Shown: positions 1 through 9,212 of the stretch, in pieces
How positions within the stretch are numbered: the stretch's first letter is position 1
How the letters are laid out: the number at the start of each line of letters is the position of its first letter
Source of the DNA: Candidatus Saccharimonadales bacterium
Lineage (GTDB): Bacteria; Eisenbacteria; RBG-16-71-46; JACRLI01
NCBI GenBank assembly: GCA_035542815.1
Contig: DATKKS010000005.1
Span: 1 to 56,917 of the forward strand
Length of the DNA stretch: 56,917 bases
Reading direction: 5' to 3'
Position numbers and translations under genes: made by a program
The notes under the pieces: model-generated
Seen by the model: the letters and a program-made list of their open reading frames with translations, nothing else
Told to the model about the DNA's origin: nothing
The model's database searches: none

Positions 1-891
1 GTCCCGGGTGGCCAGCACCAGCGCGCGGTACACCTCCTCCTCGGCCTCCAGCGGCGGGGCCACGTCGTAGCCGAGGGACGGCATCTCGCCGGCGGCGGGC
101 GCCGCGGCGCCCGGGCCGCTCCCCGCGGCGGGCGCGCGCGCCACGTCCAGGTCCGCCAGCAGCAGCGCCTCCTCGAACTGCGCGGCGCGCGCCAGCATCC
201 GCCCGTCGGGCCCGAACACCAGCGAGGCGCCGTCGAAGATCAGCTCGTCCTGCCCGCCCACCAGGTTGCAGAAGGCGATGTACACGCCGTTGTCGAGCGC
301 GCGCCGGATGAGCATGCGCTCGCGCAGCTCGCGCTTGCCCACGCTGTAGGGGGAGGCGTTGATGCTCACCAGCAGCTGCGCGCCGGAGAGCGACTGCTGC
401 CGCGCCGGGCCCTCGGCGTGCCACAGGTCCTCGCACACGTTGAGCCCCAGCTTCACGCCGCCCCACTCCACCACCTGGCACTCCGTGCCCGGCTCGAAGT
501 AGCGCAGCTCGTCGAACACTGCGTAGTTCGGCAGCAGCATCTTGTGGTAGCGGGCCACCACCCGGCCGCGGTGGAGCAGCGCCGCGGAGTTGCGCGCCCG
601 GGGCTTCCCGGCCTCCTCGGGCTCGTCCTGGCCGCGGTCCACGTAGCCCACCACCACCGCGACGTCGGGCGCCCCGGCGGCCACCCGCTCCAGCTCGCGC
701 AGGCTGTCCTCCACGAAGCGGCGGCGGAACACCAGATCCTCGGGCGGGTAGCCGGTGAGGGCCAGCTCCGGGAAGCACACCAGGTCGGCGCCCCGCTCGG
801 CGGCGCGCCGCGAGAGTTCCAGCACCCGGTCGGCGTTGCCGCGGAGGTCGCCGACGGTGGCGTTCATCTGGGCGATGGCGACGCGGAACAT
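1..891 (-). CDS. nadE: NAD+ synthase (glutamine-hydrolysing), N-terminal carbon-nitrogen hydrolase part; the 3' end of the gene lies beyond the window edge
   Basis: Absent from the ORF track because it has no stop in the window. A minus-strand ATG at 889-891 lies 8 nt after the thyX stop. It translates MFRVAIAQMNATVGDLRGN... with the CN-hydrolase E/K/C motifs CFPELALTGY, YHKMLLPNY and NVCEDLW. The start of the synthetase domain (EEVYRALVLATRD) sits at the window edge. Confidence 0.85.
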   Translation of the reverse strand, partial: MFRVAIAQMNATVGDLRGNADRVLELSRRAAERGADLVCFPELALTGYPPEDLVFRRRFVEDSLRELERVAAGAPDVAVVVGYVDRGQDEPEEAGKPRARNSAALLHRGRVVARYHKMLLPNYAVFDELRYFEPGTECQVVEWGGVKLGLNVCEDLWHAEGPARQQSLSGAQLLVSINASPYSVGKRELRERMLIRRALDNGVYIAFCNLVGGQDELIFDGASLVFGPDGRMLARAAQFEEALLLADLDVARAPAAGSGPGAAAPAAGEMPSLGYDVAPPLEAEEEVYRALVLATRD

Positions 892-898
892 GCCCGGC

Positions 899-1717
899 TC
901 ACACCTTCCGGTGAGGGGTGGCGGCCACGCGGGTGCCGTCGGGCTGGGTCTCCACCACGAAGTCTCCGAACAGGTGGGGCGACTCCGATTGCAGGATCTC
1001 CAGCAGCTTCAGCGCCAGCTTGCGGATCTCCTCGTCGGCCTCGCGGCTGCCGCGCATCTCGATGAAGTGGCGCAGCGCGCGGGCATTGGCGGTCACCAGG
1101 ATGCGGGTCTCGGTGGCGTTGGGCAGCACGCTGCGCGCCGCCTGCCGGGCCATCTTGCGGCGCAGGGTGCGGTCCTCGACTTCCGTGAACCGGCGCTCCA
1201 GGCCCGCCACCAGCGTGTCGTAGGCCTCGCGCGCCGCCTCCACCGCCCCGCGCCACACCGCGTCCAGCGCCGGGTCCGCGGCGATGCAGTCGGGCTCGAT
1301 GAACGGGACCTCGCTCTCGTTCACGTAGCGCTGGCTGAGCTGCGAGTAGCCGAAACCGGCCCGGTGGCGCACCAGCTCGTGGGTCAGCGAACGCGACACC
1401 CCGGCCACCAGGAAGTTCCACACCGCGTGCTCCAGCACGCTGCCGTGGCCCACCTCGACCAGGTGCTCCAGGAACTCGCGGTTGCCCTTGCGGCCCTTGC
1501 CGAAGCTCATGTAGCACAGCCGGCCGCCGACCTCGGCCAGCGCCTCGGCGCCCACCTCGGTGTCGGTGGCCCAGGCGAGGCCGTGGCGGTCGAGGAAGCG
1601 CTGCACTTCCCCGGAGTCCACCGACTGGCGGCCCACGAGGTACACCTCGGGCTCGCGCACCACGCGCAGCGGGGCGCGCGCGCCGGGCGCCTGCGGTCGG
1701 GTCTGTCCTGGGGTCAT
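899..1717 (-). CDS. thyX: Flavin-dependent thymidylate synthase
   Basis: Carries the ThyX signature RHRAGFGYSQLSQRY (RHRxxSxxxxSxR). The 272-aa length and overall sequence are typical of ThyX. Confidence 0.92.
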   Translation of the reverse strand: MTPGQTRPQAPGARAPLRVVREPEVYLVGRQSVDSGEVQRFLDRHGLAWATDTEVGAEALAEVGGRLCYMSFGKGRKGNREFLEHLVEVGHGSVLEHAVWNFLVAGVSRSLTHELVRHRAGFGYSQLSQRYVNESEVPFIEPDCIAADPALDAVWRGAVEAAREAYDTLVAGLERRFTEVEDRTLRRKMARQAARSVLPNATETRILVTANARALRHFIEMRGSREADEEIRKLALKLLEILQSESPHLFGDFVVETQPDGTRVAATPHRKV

Positions 1718-1772
1718 GGCGCCATTCTAGGGGGGCGCCGGGGGGTTGGCAACGGAAGGCGGCGCGGCCGGC

Positions 1773-2363
1773 CTACAGGGCCTGCAGGATCCTCGCCGCG
1801 GCGCTCCGGATCATGGGGAAGGGCCGCGCGCCCGGCCCCGGGTTCCACTCCCCCGCCGGCGGGATGTGCACGAAACCCGCTGGAATCGCCAGCCCCGCCG
1901 CGCGCAGGCCCAGCAGCGTGCGGTACAGCAGGTGATTGCACAGGTAGGTGCCGGCGGTGTTGGAGATGCGCGCCGGCAGCACGTGGCCGTCCAGGGAGGC
2001 CAGCAGGCGCGGCAGCGGCAGGGTGGCGAACAGGCCGTCAGGCCCCTCGGGCTCGATGCGCCGCCCGCCCGGCGCGTCCCCCGCGCCGTCCGGAACCCGG
2101 GACTCGTCCCAGTTGATGCCGATGCGCTCCAGCCGGATGTCGTCCGAGCCGGTGGCCACCCCGAAGCTCACCACGGCCGCCGGGAGGGCCACCGCGATCC
2201 GCTCCACGAGCCGGCGCGGCGCCTCGCCGTACACCACCGGCAGGATGATGCCGTCCAGCTCCACGCCCGGAGGCGGCTCTTCCAGCAGCGACTCCACCAG
2301 CCGCTGCGAGGGGTTGACCTCGAAGCCTGGGAAGGGCCCGAAGCCGGAGATCAGGATGGCCAT
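1773..2363 (-). CDS. pcp: Pyroglutamyl-peptidase I (peptidase C15)
   Basis: N-terminal ILISGFGPFPGFEVNPS, catalytic Cys context NTAGTYLCNHLLY, and His context GFVHIP. Confidence 0.9.
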   Translation of the reverse strand: MAILISGFGPFPGFEVNPSQRLVESLLEEPPPGVELDGIILPVVYGEAPRRLVERIAVALPAAVVSFGVATGSDDIRLERIGINWDESRVPDGAGDAPGGRRIEPEGPDGLFATLPLPRLLASLDGHVLPARISNTAGTYLCNHLLYRTLLGLRAAGLAIPAGFVHIPPAGEWNPGPGARPFPMIRSAAARILQAL

Positions 2364-2536
2364 GCCGCCAGCATAGCGGATGCGCGGCGCGCGGCCCAGG
2401 GCCTGGGGCCCGCCGGCGGACCTGGTGGCGCGGCGGCTGCCGCGCCCGCGGCGGGCGTGCTAGCATCGGGGCGGCCGCCCCGGTGGCGGGGATGCGCCCC
2501 GCGGCCCGGGGCGGGGCTCTGGATCCGAGGCCCGCC

Positions 2537-2947
2537 GTGAGACACGCGCGAATTCACATCGCCTGGGCTGCGCTGGCCCTGCTGCTGTCCGCCGGGTGCA
2601 GCCACCGGCGCGAGCTGGGCGCGCAGCTCGACCCCTTCTCGCTGCTGGGGTCGCGCACCGGGATCGTGGACCAGTGGGTCGGCCGGCCCGACTCCAGCCT
2701 GATCGCCTCGTGGGGACGCCCCAGCACCACGCTGCCCGACGCCCACCACGGCCGGATCCTCACCTACCTCAAGACCATCGAGCAGGTGGCCTACTCGGGC
2801 GAGCGGGCCGCCAACCCGCCCGGCTACCAGCCCGGCGAACCCACCCCGGAGGAGACCCGGCGCCACGCCCGGACGGTCACGCTGGAGTGCGTGTTCCAGG
2901 TGGACTCCACCGGCAGGATCTTCGGCGCCCGGAAGACCTTCCACTGA
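2537..2947 (+). CDS. Hypothetical lipoprotein
   Basis: GTG at 2537 is preceded by GAGG plus 6 nt. The product begins MRHARIHIAWAALALLLSAGC, a lipobox signal peptide, and its composition is not low-complexity. The track ORF starts further upstream at 2483. Confidence 0.55.
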   Translation: MRHARIHIAWAALALLLSAGCSHRRELGAQLDPFSLLGSRTGIVDQWVGRPDSSLIASWGRPSTTLPDAHHGRILTYLKTIEQVAYSGERAANPPGYQPGEPTPEETRRHARTVTLECVFQVDSTGRIFGARKTFH

Positions 2948-3211
2948 GCCCGCCCCCGGGCCGGCCCGCCGCGCCCAGAGCGCGCCGCGACCGGTATCGG
3001 CGGCGGCACAGGAGCGTATCCCCACCTAGACGGCCGCCCCCGCGCGGCCCCCGCGCGGCGCTGCGTGGGAGCGTCCGCCCCCGCGCAAGCCCCTGACGTG
3101 CCATCCGATGCGGCGCGCGCCGCGGGCCGGCCCCGGGTGGCATGCCCGATGCGGTTCCCATCGATGCGCGAGCCGGCCCGGTCCGGCCGGCTGCGCCCGG
3201 AGGGAACGACC

Positions 3212-3775
3212 ATGACACGATCGCGCGCCCGTCTCTGCGCCGCGGCGCTGGCCGCGGCCCTGGCTGTGGCGGCCGCCCCCGCGGCGGCCCGCGCGGAGCT
3301 CGCACCCGACACGAGCGGTGTGCACGACTGGACGAGGCCCACCACCTGGCTCACCGCGGGCCTCGGGGTCGGCAGCTGCGGGCTGGGGATGAACGCCAGC
3401 CTGTGCCACCACTGGGGCATGCACGTCCTGGCCGCGCGCGTCGCCGGCACCACCAACATCCCCACGGACATCTTCGGCGAGGAGAACCAGCTGTGGAGCG
3501 CGGGCCTGCTGTACGGCGCGGGCCTGTTCCGCCCGGCCTACGCGCTGTGGGTGGGCGCGGGCCTGGGCGTGAGCGGCGGAAAGCACCAGCCGGAGGTGCG
3601 CTTCTTCGAGCCCGACCGGACCCGGCACGTGGACACCGGGCTGAGCTTCCCGCTGGAGCTGCAGGCCATCGCCGGGATCGGGAAGGGACGCAACCTGGGG
3701 ATCTCGCTGTGGGCGGACCTCAACAGCCGGGAGTCCTTCGGAGGGGTGTCGCTGATCGGGGCGCTGGCCCACTGA
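3212..3775 (+). CDS. Hypothetical secreted Gly-rich protein
   Basis: ATG at 3212 is preceded by GGAGG. The signal peptide is MTRSRARLCAAALAAALAVAAAPAAARA. The mature part is Gly/aromatic-rich. I did not recognise a family. Confidence 0.5.
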   Translation: MTRSRARLCAAALAAALAVAAAPAAARAELAPDTSGVHDWTRPTTWLTAGLGVGSCGLGMNASLCHHWGMHVLAARVAGTTNIPTDIFGEENQLWSAGLLYGAGLFRPAYALWVGAGLGVSGGKHQPEVRFFEPDRTRHVDTGLSFPLELQAIAGIGKGRNLGISLWADLNSRESFGGVSLIGALAH

Positions 3776-3782
3776 GGCGGGG

Positions 3783-4880
3783 CTAGCGGGCGCGGCGCTT
3801 CCGGTTCCGCGCGTAGTCCACCAGCACGTACGAGCCCAGGTTCTCCAGGTCGGAGAAGTACGCGCGCCCGCGGTTGAGGCGGGTGAGCTTGTCCACGAAA
3901 CCCACCAGCTCGTGGTGCTCGGCCAGCATGAAGGTGGAGATCTCGATCCCCTTGCGCCGGCACAGGGCGGCCTGCTCCAGGGTCTTGTTGACGATCTTGG
4001 GGTCCAGCCCGAAGGCGTTCTTGTACAGCCGCCCGCTCTCCCACATGCACGAGGGCTTGCCGTCGGTGATCATGAAGATCTGCTTGTTGGGCTGGCGCTC
4101 CTTGGCCAGGATGCGCTGCGCCAGCATCAGCCCGGCGCGGGTGTTGGTGTGGTACGGGCCGACGGTGATGTAGGGCAGCTTCTTCAGCGGCACCTCGACC
4201 GCGTCGTCGCCGAACAGCACCACGTGCAGCGAGTCCTTGGGGAACTGGGTGGTGATCAGCTCGGCCAGCGCCAGCGCCACCCGCTTGGCCGGGGTGATGC
4301 GGTCCTCACCGTACAGGATCATGCTGTGGCTCACGTCCACCAGGAGCACCGTGGAGCAGTTGGTGAGGTGCTCGTTCTCGTAGATCGCGAGGTCCTCCTC
4401 CTGCAGCGTCAGGTCGTCCAGCCCGGCGCGCTTCACCGCGTTGTGGAGGGTGGTGAGCACGTCGAGGTCCGAGAGCCGGTCGCCGAACTGGTAGGGGCGC
4501 GACTCGCTCAGCCGCTCCTGGCCGGAGCCGGCCGCCGGGGTGCGGTGGTCGCCCGAAGGGCCCTTCTCGACGGTGGAGAAGATCTCCTGCAGGGCCGACT
4601 TGCGCAGGGCGCGCTCGCCCTTGGAGGTCACCTGATAGCCCGCGCCGCCCGCGGCCGGGCGAATCATGCCGGATTTCTCCAGCATCTGGCGGAAGTCCTG
4701 GATCCCGAACTGGTCGTCGAAGAAGCCGTACTCCTTCCCCACCTGCTCCAGCCACTGGAGCGCCTCCTCCACGTCCCCGTTGGTCTGGAGCAGCAGGTCG
4801 TTGTAGATCCGCAGCAGCGCCTTGAAGAACTCCGGGGTGAGCCGGCGCTGGCCGGTCCAGCGGGCGTACCTAAGCCTCAT
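3783..4880 (-). CDS. VWA (von Willebrand factor A) domain protein, partner of the upstream AAA+ ATPase
   Basis: Intact MIDAS motif DxSxS (LLVDVSHSM). It overlaps the end of the ATPase gene by 11 nt. Confidence 0.85.
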   Translation of the reverse strand: MRLRYARWTGQRRLTPEFFKALLRIYNDLLLQTNGDVEEALQWLEQVGKEYGFFDDQFGIQDFRQMLEKSGMIRPAAGGAGYQVTSKGERALRKSALQEIFSTVEKGPSGDHRTPAAGSGQERLSESRPYQFGDRLSDLDVLTTLHNAVKRAGLDDLTLQEEDLAIYENEHLTNCSTVLLVDVSHSMILYGEDRITPAKRVALALAELITTQFPKDSLHVVLFGDDAVEVPLKKLPYITVGPYHTNTRAGLMLAQRILAKERQPNKQIFMITDGKPSCMWESGRLYKNAFGLDPKIVNKTLEQAALCRRKGIEISTFMLAEHHELVGFVDKLTRLNRGRAYFSDLENLGSYVLVDYARNRKRRAR

Positions 4881-6375
4881 CGCCTCCGCCCAGGCTCGAG
4901 AACATGGACTTGAACATGTCGCGGTAGGCCACCGCGCGCCCGTCCACCCGGTCGCGGGTCAGGATGGAGTGCTGGTGGAGGCCCTCCAGCACCAGCTCCA
5001 TGGCCACCGCCAGCTCGGCGTCGTTGGCCGGCTTCAGGTGCCGCGAGGCCACCCGGCGCAGCCCCCGCACCTGGTCCAGCGCCTCCAGGAACTCGGCGTC
5101 GCCGGAGTCGTCCGCCACCTCCGCGGTGTGGCCCGCGGCGAACCATTCCAGGATCTCCTTGTACTCCGAGTTGGCCAGCCCCTCCTCGGTCGGCTGGCCG
5201 CGGCGCTTCTTGGGGAACGCGCTGGGGAAGTTGCGTGCGAAGTAGCTCTTGAGCCCCCGGCCGATCAGGTGCCGGGCCACGTTGAGCGGCCCCTCCTGCT
5301 CGCCCTCCAGCACCAGCTCCACCTTGCCGGAGACCGCCGAGACCGCCGCCGCCAGGTCGCACACCCGCGCCGTGGTGTGCGCCACGCCCAGCCGGATGGC
5401 CCGCCGCTCGGCGTTCGAGACCACCGTCTCGGCCAGCGCGATGGTCATGCGCGCGGACACCCCCGAGTTCTGGTCCACGTACTCGCTCTCGCGCGCCTGG
5501 ATCGCCACCTCCTCGATCACCTCGCGCAGGAACCGCGGCAGGTCCACGTGGCGGTCGCCGCGCTCCAGCCACGCCTCCTGCGCGGTGATCCGCATGCCCT
5601 CCTCCACGCTGCGCGGGTAGTGGGTCAGGATCTGGCTCTGGATGCGGTCGCGCAGCGGGGTGATGATGTTGCCCCGGTTGGTGTAGTCCTCGGGGTTGGC
5701 GCTGAACACCATCTGCACGTCCAGCGGGATGCGCACCGGGAAGCCACGGATCTGGAAGTCGCGCTCCTCCAGGATGTTCAGCAGCCCCACCTGGATGCGC
5801 GGCTGCAGGTCGGGCAGCTCGTTGATGGCGAAGATGCCGCGGTTGGTGCGCGGGATGATGCCGTAGTGGATCACCCGCTCGTCGCTGTACGGCAGGCGCA
5901 GCGCGGCCGCCTTGATGGGATCGATGTCGCCGATGAGGTCGGCGATGGTGACGTCCGGGGTGGCCAGCTTCTCCTGGTAGCGCGACTCCCGCGGCAGCCA
6001 CTCCACCACCAGGTCGTCGCCCTCCTCGAACACCCGCCGGCGCCCCTCGGCGCTGATGGGGTGGAGCGGATCGTCGTTGATGGGGTTGCCCGGGATCACC
6101 GGGATCTCCTCGTCCAGGAAGTCCACCAGCGCCCGCAGGATCCGGGTCTTGGCCTGGCCGCGCAGTCCCAGCAGGATGAAGTCGTGGCGCGCCAGGATGG
6201 CGTTCACCAGCTGCGGGATGACGGTGTCCTCGTAGCCGACGATCCCGGGGAACAGCTCCTCGCCCGCGCGCAGCCGGCGGACCAGGTTGCCCCGGATCTC
6301 TTCCTTGACGCCGCGGCTCACGTAGCCGGCAGCCTTCAGTTGGCCCAACGTCTTGGGCCGCAAAGAGTTCGACAT
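4870..6375 (-). CDS. ChlI/BchI/MoxR-like AAA+ ATPase (family often labelled Mg-chelatase-like or sigma-54-interaction-domain ATPase)
   Basis: ATG at 6375 is preceded by GAGGAG. Walker A is GLRGQAKT and the Walker-B-like motif is GIFAINELPDL. Conserved blocks include EKLATPDVTIADLIGDIDPIKAA and ANPEDYTNRGNIITPLRDR. The upstream 63 codons of the track ORF were rejected. Confidence 0.85.
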   Translation of the reverse strand: MSNSLRPKTLGQLKAAGYVSRGVKEEIRGNLVRRLRAGEELFPGIVGYEDTVIPQLVNAILARHDFILLGLRGQAKTRILRALVDFLDEEIPVIPGNPINDDPLHPISAEGRRRVFEEGDDLVVEWLPRESRYQEKLATPDVTIADLIGDIDPIKAAALRLPYSDERVIHYGIIPRTNRGIFAINELPDLQPRIQVGLLNILEERDFQIRGFPVRIPLDVQMVFSANPEDYTNRGNIITPLRDRIQSQILTHYPRSVEEGMRITAQEAWLERGDRHVDLPRFLREVIEEVAIQARESEYVDQNSGVSARMTIALAETVVSNAERRAIRLGVAHTTARVCDLAAAVSAVSGKVELVLEGEQEGPLNVARHLIGRGLKSYFARNFPSAFPKKRRGQPTEEGLANSEYKEILEWFAAGHTAEVADDSGDAEFLEALDQVRGLRRVASRHLKPANDAELAVAMELVLEGLHQHSILTRDRVDGRAVAYRDMFKSMFSSLGGGDEA

Positions 6376-6433
6376 GAAGCTCCTCGGTAGGTGTGGGACG
6401 TCAGCAGGGCCGGAGGCCCGCCCTCCTCGAGAA

Positions 6434-7465
6434 TTAGATGCGCGAACCCGCCCGCGAGCGCGGGGCGGCGCGGGAGTCGCCCGGCGCCGCAGCGCGCGCA
6501 TCCAGCGGCGGGCGGGGGGCCTGGCCGACGGTGAGCATGCGAGCGTCGGGCGAGGAGAGGCCATCGGCTCCGGTGGCCAGCATGCGCTCGCTGCCGCTGG
6601 AGTCGGGATCCACGACCATCAGGGCCTGGTGACTGGCAGCCTGGACGAACACGATGCTGCGCCCGTCCGAGAGCCAGCGCGGGTTGACGTCGCGGGTCCC
6701 GGTGCTCACCACCCGGGGCACGGTGTCGCCCAGGGCCATCACCGCGATGCGGCAGATCTGAAGCCTCGGGGTGACCCCGGTGTACCAGTACGCCAGGGAG
6801 ATCGCCAGCCGGGCGCCGTCGGGCGAGACCTGGCAGCCGGTCTCGTCGAAGCGGTCGTGCGTCAGGCGCCGCAGCAGGCGCCCGGAGGGCACCTCGGCCA
6901 GGAACAGCTCGTTGCTGTCGGCGACGTCCCGGTGCACGGCGGCCAAGGCGAAGGCCCGGCCCTCGCCCGGAGCCCACTGGAGCACGTGGCGGGGGTAGAC
7001 CGTGTCGCCCTCGACCACCTGGAATGCGCCCAGGACGATGGGCTGGCTGCCGCCCGCGGGGTCCAGGATCGCGTCCCGGCACAGGATCCGGTCGCCGCGG
7101 GGGCTCCATTCCGGGGGGGGCGCGTTGTAGGTGCGGGCCAGCGTCCAGCTCCTCAGCACCGCGCCCGAGCCCAGGTCCCCCAGGAACAGCGTGGCGTCGG
7201 AGTAGTTGAGGCCGCGGAAGGCCACCCGGCTCCCGTCGGGGCTCCACCGGGGATCCCGCCCGCTCAGCAGGAACATGGTTCCGAGACAGCCGTCCATCCG
7301 GACGGTGCACAGGTGCCCGCCGGCCGAGGCGAAGAGCACCCACCCCACGGGGGCCGCGGGCGGAGGAGGAGAGGTCACGGCCTGCTTCGAGCACCCCGCC
7401 GGGGACAGGGCCAGCGCCAGGGCCGCCGCGGCGGCCAGAGTGAGCCTGCCGATTCGGCGGCTCAT
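6434..7465 (-). CDS. TolB-like PD40/WD40-like beta-propeller lipoprotein
   Basis: Starts MSRRIGRLTLAAAAALALALSPAGC (lipobox). Repeated WSPDG/WSPRG/VSPDG PD40 motifs are present. The ATG overlaps the stop of the upstream paralogue (ATGA at 7462-7465). Confidence 0.75.
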   Translation of the reverse strand: MSRRIGRLTLAAAAALALALSPAGCSKQAVTSPPPPAAPVGWVLFASAGGHLCTVRMDGCLGTMFLLSGRDPRWSPDGSRVAFRGLNYSDATLFLGDLGSGAVLRSWTLARTYNAPPPEWSPRGDRILCRDAILDPAGGSQPIVLGAFQVVEGDTVYPRHVLQWAPGEGRAFALAAVHRDVADSNELFLAEVPSGRLLRRLTHDRFDETGCQVSPDGARLAISLAYWYTGVTPRLQICRIAVMALGDTVPRVVSTGTRDVNPRWLSDGRSIVFVQAASHQALMVVDPDSSGSERMLATGADGLSSPDARMLTVGQAPRPPLDARAAAPGDSRAAPRSRAGSRI

Positions 7466-8493
7466 CGCAGCGCCCTCCCGCCCGGCGCGGCCGGCGAAGG
7501 GAGCAGGTAGATGTCCGGTCCGTAGTCCCATCCGGCCACCGCGTCGGTCCCGCTCACCTGCCAGTCGACCCGGGGATCGCCGGGGCTGTGGACGCGGACG
7601 ACCGCGGCCCTCGAGGCCAAGCTCTGCAGGTACACCACGGTGCGCCCGTCTGCGGCCCACCTCGGGGAGGTCCCGGGCACGGCGGGCACGAACTCGCGGG
7701 GCATCGAGTCCGCAATCCCCAGGGTCGCCAGCTCCGGACCCGCGGCCGAATCCACCTGCAGCAGCAGCCGGGTACCGTCGGGCGAGACCTGGAACGGCCA
7801 TTCCGCGTAGAGATTGTGGGTCAGGCGCCGCACCACCCTCCCGGAGGGGAACTCGGTCTCGAAGACCTCGTAGTACCGGGGGTCGTAGGCGCCGCGATTG
7901 CGGGGGACCGGCGCGGCGTAGCCGAGCGCGTACACCCGCTCCCCGTCCGGGGCCCACTGGCGAGGCATCAGGTGGGAGACGCTGTCACCCTCGAACACCT
8001 GGTATGTCGGCGGCTGGTAGTTGGTCGGCGCCCCGCCCACGGTGTCCACGGCGCCCTCCAGGCACAGCAGCCGGTCGCCGCGCGGGCTCCAGTCGATGAA
8101 GTCCCCGCTGGTCCAGCCCAGCACCCGCGTGCGGGTGCCCGCGGCGTTCTGCAGCAGGATCTGGTAGCAGGAATTCGGATCGCAGATGACCCCGGGACTG
8201 TGGAGGCAGGCCACGTACCGCCCGTCCGGGCTCCAGCGCGGGCACCAGCTCGGCAGTCCGTCCGGCCCGGGGAGCCGGGTGCGCTGCGTGCCGTCCAGGC
8301 GTGCCTCGATCAGGATGAAGGAGTTGGCGGGCCCCTGGCTGTCCACGGCGGCGTACACCACCCACCCGTCCAGCGGGACGCCGGCCGGGGGCTTGACGAT
8401 CCCCTGGTGCCCGCAGCCGATCAGAAGCATCACCAGAGTGCCCAGGACAGGAAGAACGAGGAGGGGAAGGCGAGGAACGCGGCGGCCGTTCAT
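7462..8493 (-). CDS. TolB-like PD40 beta-propeller lipoprotein (paralogue of 6434..7465)
   Basis: ATG at 8493 is preceded by GGAGGA. Starts MNGRRVPRLPLLVLPVLGTLVMLLIGC (lipobox). Carries WSPDG, WSPRG, WAPDG and VSPDG repeats, and shares the block SGRxxRRLTH with its neighbour. Confidence 0.75.
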   Translation of the reverse strand: MNGRRVPRLPLLVLPVLGTLVMLLIGCGHQGIVKPPAGVPLDGWVVYAAVDSQGPANSFILIEARLDGTQRTRLPGPDGLPSWCPRWSPDGRYVACLHSPGVICDPNSCYQILLQNAAGTRTRVLGWTSGDFIDWSPRGDRLLCLEGAVDTVGGAPTNYQPPTYQVFEGDSVSHLMPRQWAPDGERVYALGYAAPVPRNRGAYDPRYYEVFETEFPSGRVVRRLTHNLYAEWPFQVSPDGTRLLLQVDSAAGPELATLGIADSMPREFVPAVPGTSPRWAADGRTVVYLQSLASRAAVVRVHSPGDPRVDWQVSGTDAVAGWDYGPDIYLLPSPAAPGGRALR

Positions 8494-8591
8494 GGGGATC
8501 CTCCAGGTTCCGGGGGCGGACGCGCCCCGGTCTGACGGAGGAAGGGCGAGATCATGGTACACCCGGGGAAGGCGTGCGGGAAGAGGCGCCT

Positions 8592-9212
8592 CTACCTCTC
8601 GATCAGCACCGCGCGCACCGGGCTGGCGTCCACCCCGACCAGCTTCAGCGGCGCGGCCAGCAGCTCGTACTCCCCCGGCTCCACGTGGGACAGGTCCAGG
8701 TTCTCGAGGATCGCGACGCCGCCGCGCAGCAGCGCCACGTGGTTGGACATGCTGCGGCTGTCGAAGGCATCCACCGAGGGCACGTCCACCCCGACCAGCT
8801 TGAGGCCCCGGGCCGCCAGCCACCCGCCGAGGCCCTCGCCCAGGTGCGGGAAGCCCTCGTCGAACTGGGTGGCGTGGAACCGGCGGCAGGTCCTCAGCAG
8901 CAGCCGCTCGGTGCCCGCCCACGGCACGCCCGCCAGGTCCTCGGGGCGGATCTCCGCCACCTCGCCCACGTCGAACACCCGCGCCGGGCCCAGGTATGCC
9001 TCCAGCGGCACGTGGGCGATGTCCGCGCCGCGGTCTAGGAAGTGCAGCGGGGCATCGGCGTGCGCGCCCAGGTGCACCGTGGCGCGGATCTCGGTGACGT
9101 TCACCGCGTCCCCGCGCTCGCGGCTCATGGTCGGGCGCAGGCTCAAGGGCACGTCCCCCGGCCACACCGCGGCATTGATCGAGACCGGCGGGCTGATGTC
9201 ATGGATCTTCAC
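8592..9212 (-). CDS. kynB: Kynurenine formamidase / cyclase-family arylformamidase
   Basis: GTG at 9212 follows GGAGGA plus 5 nt. Carries the metal motif HLGAHADAPLHF (HxGxHxDxPxH). The start overlaps the LOG stop (GTGA). Confidence 0.8.
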   Translation of the reverse strand: MKIHDISPPVSINAAVWPGDVPLSLRPTMSRERGDAVNVTEIRATVHLGAHADAPLHFLDRGADIAHVPLEAYLGPARVFDVGEVAEIRPEDLAGVPWAGTERLLLRTCRRFHATQFDEGFPHLGEGLGGWLAARGLKLVGVDVPSVDAFDSRSMSNHVALLRGGVAILENLDLSHVEPGEYELLAAPLKLVGVDASPVRAVLIER

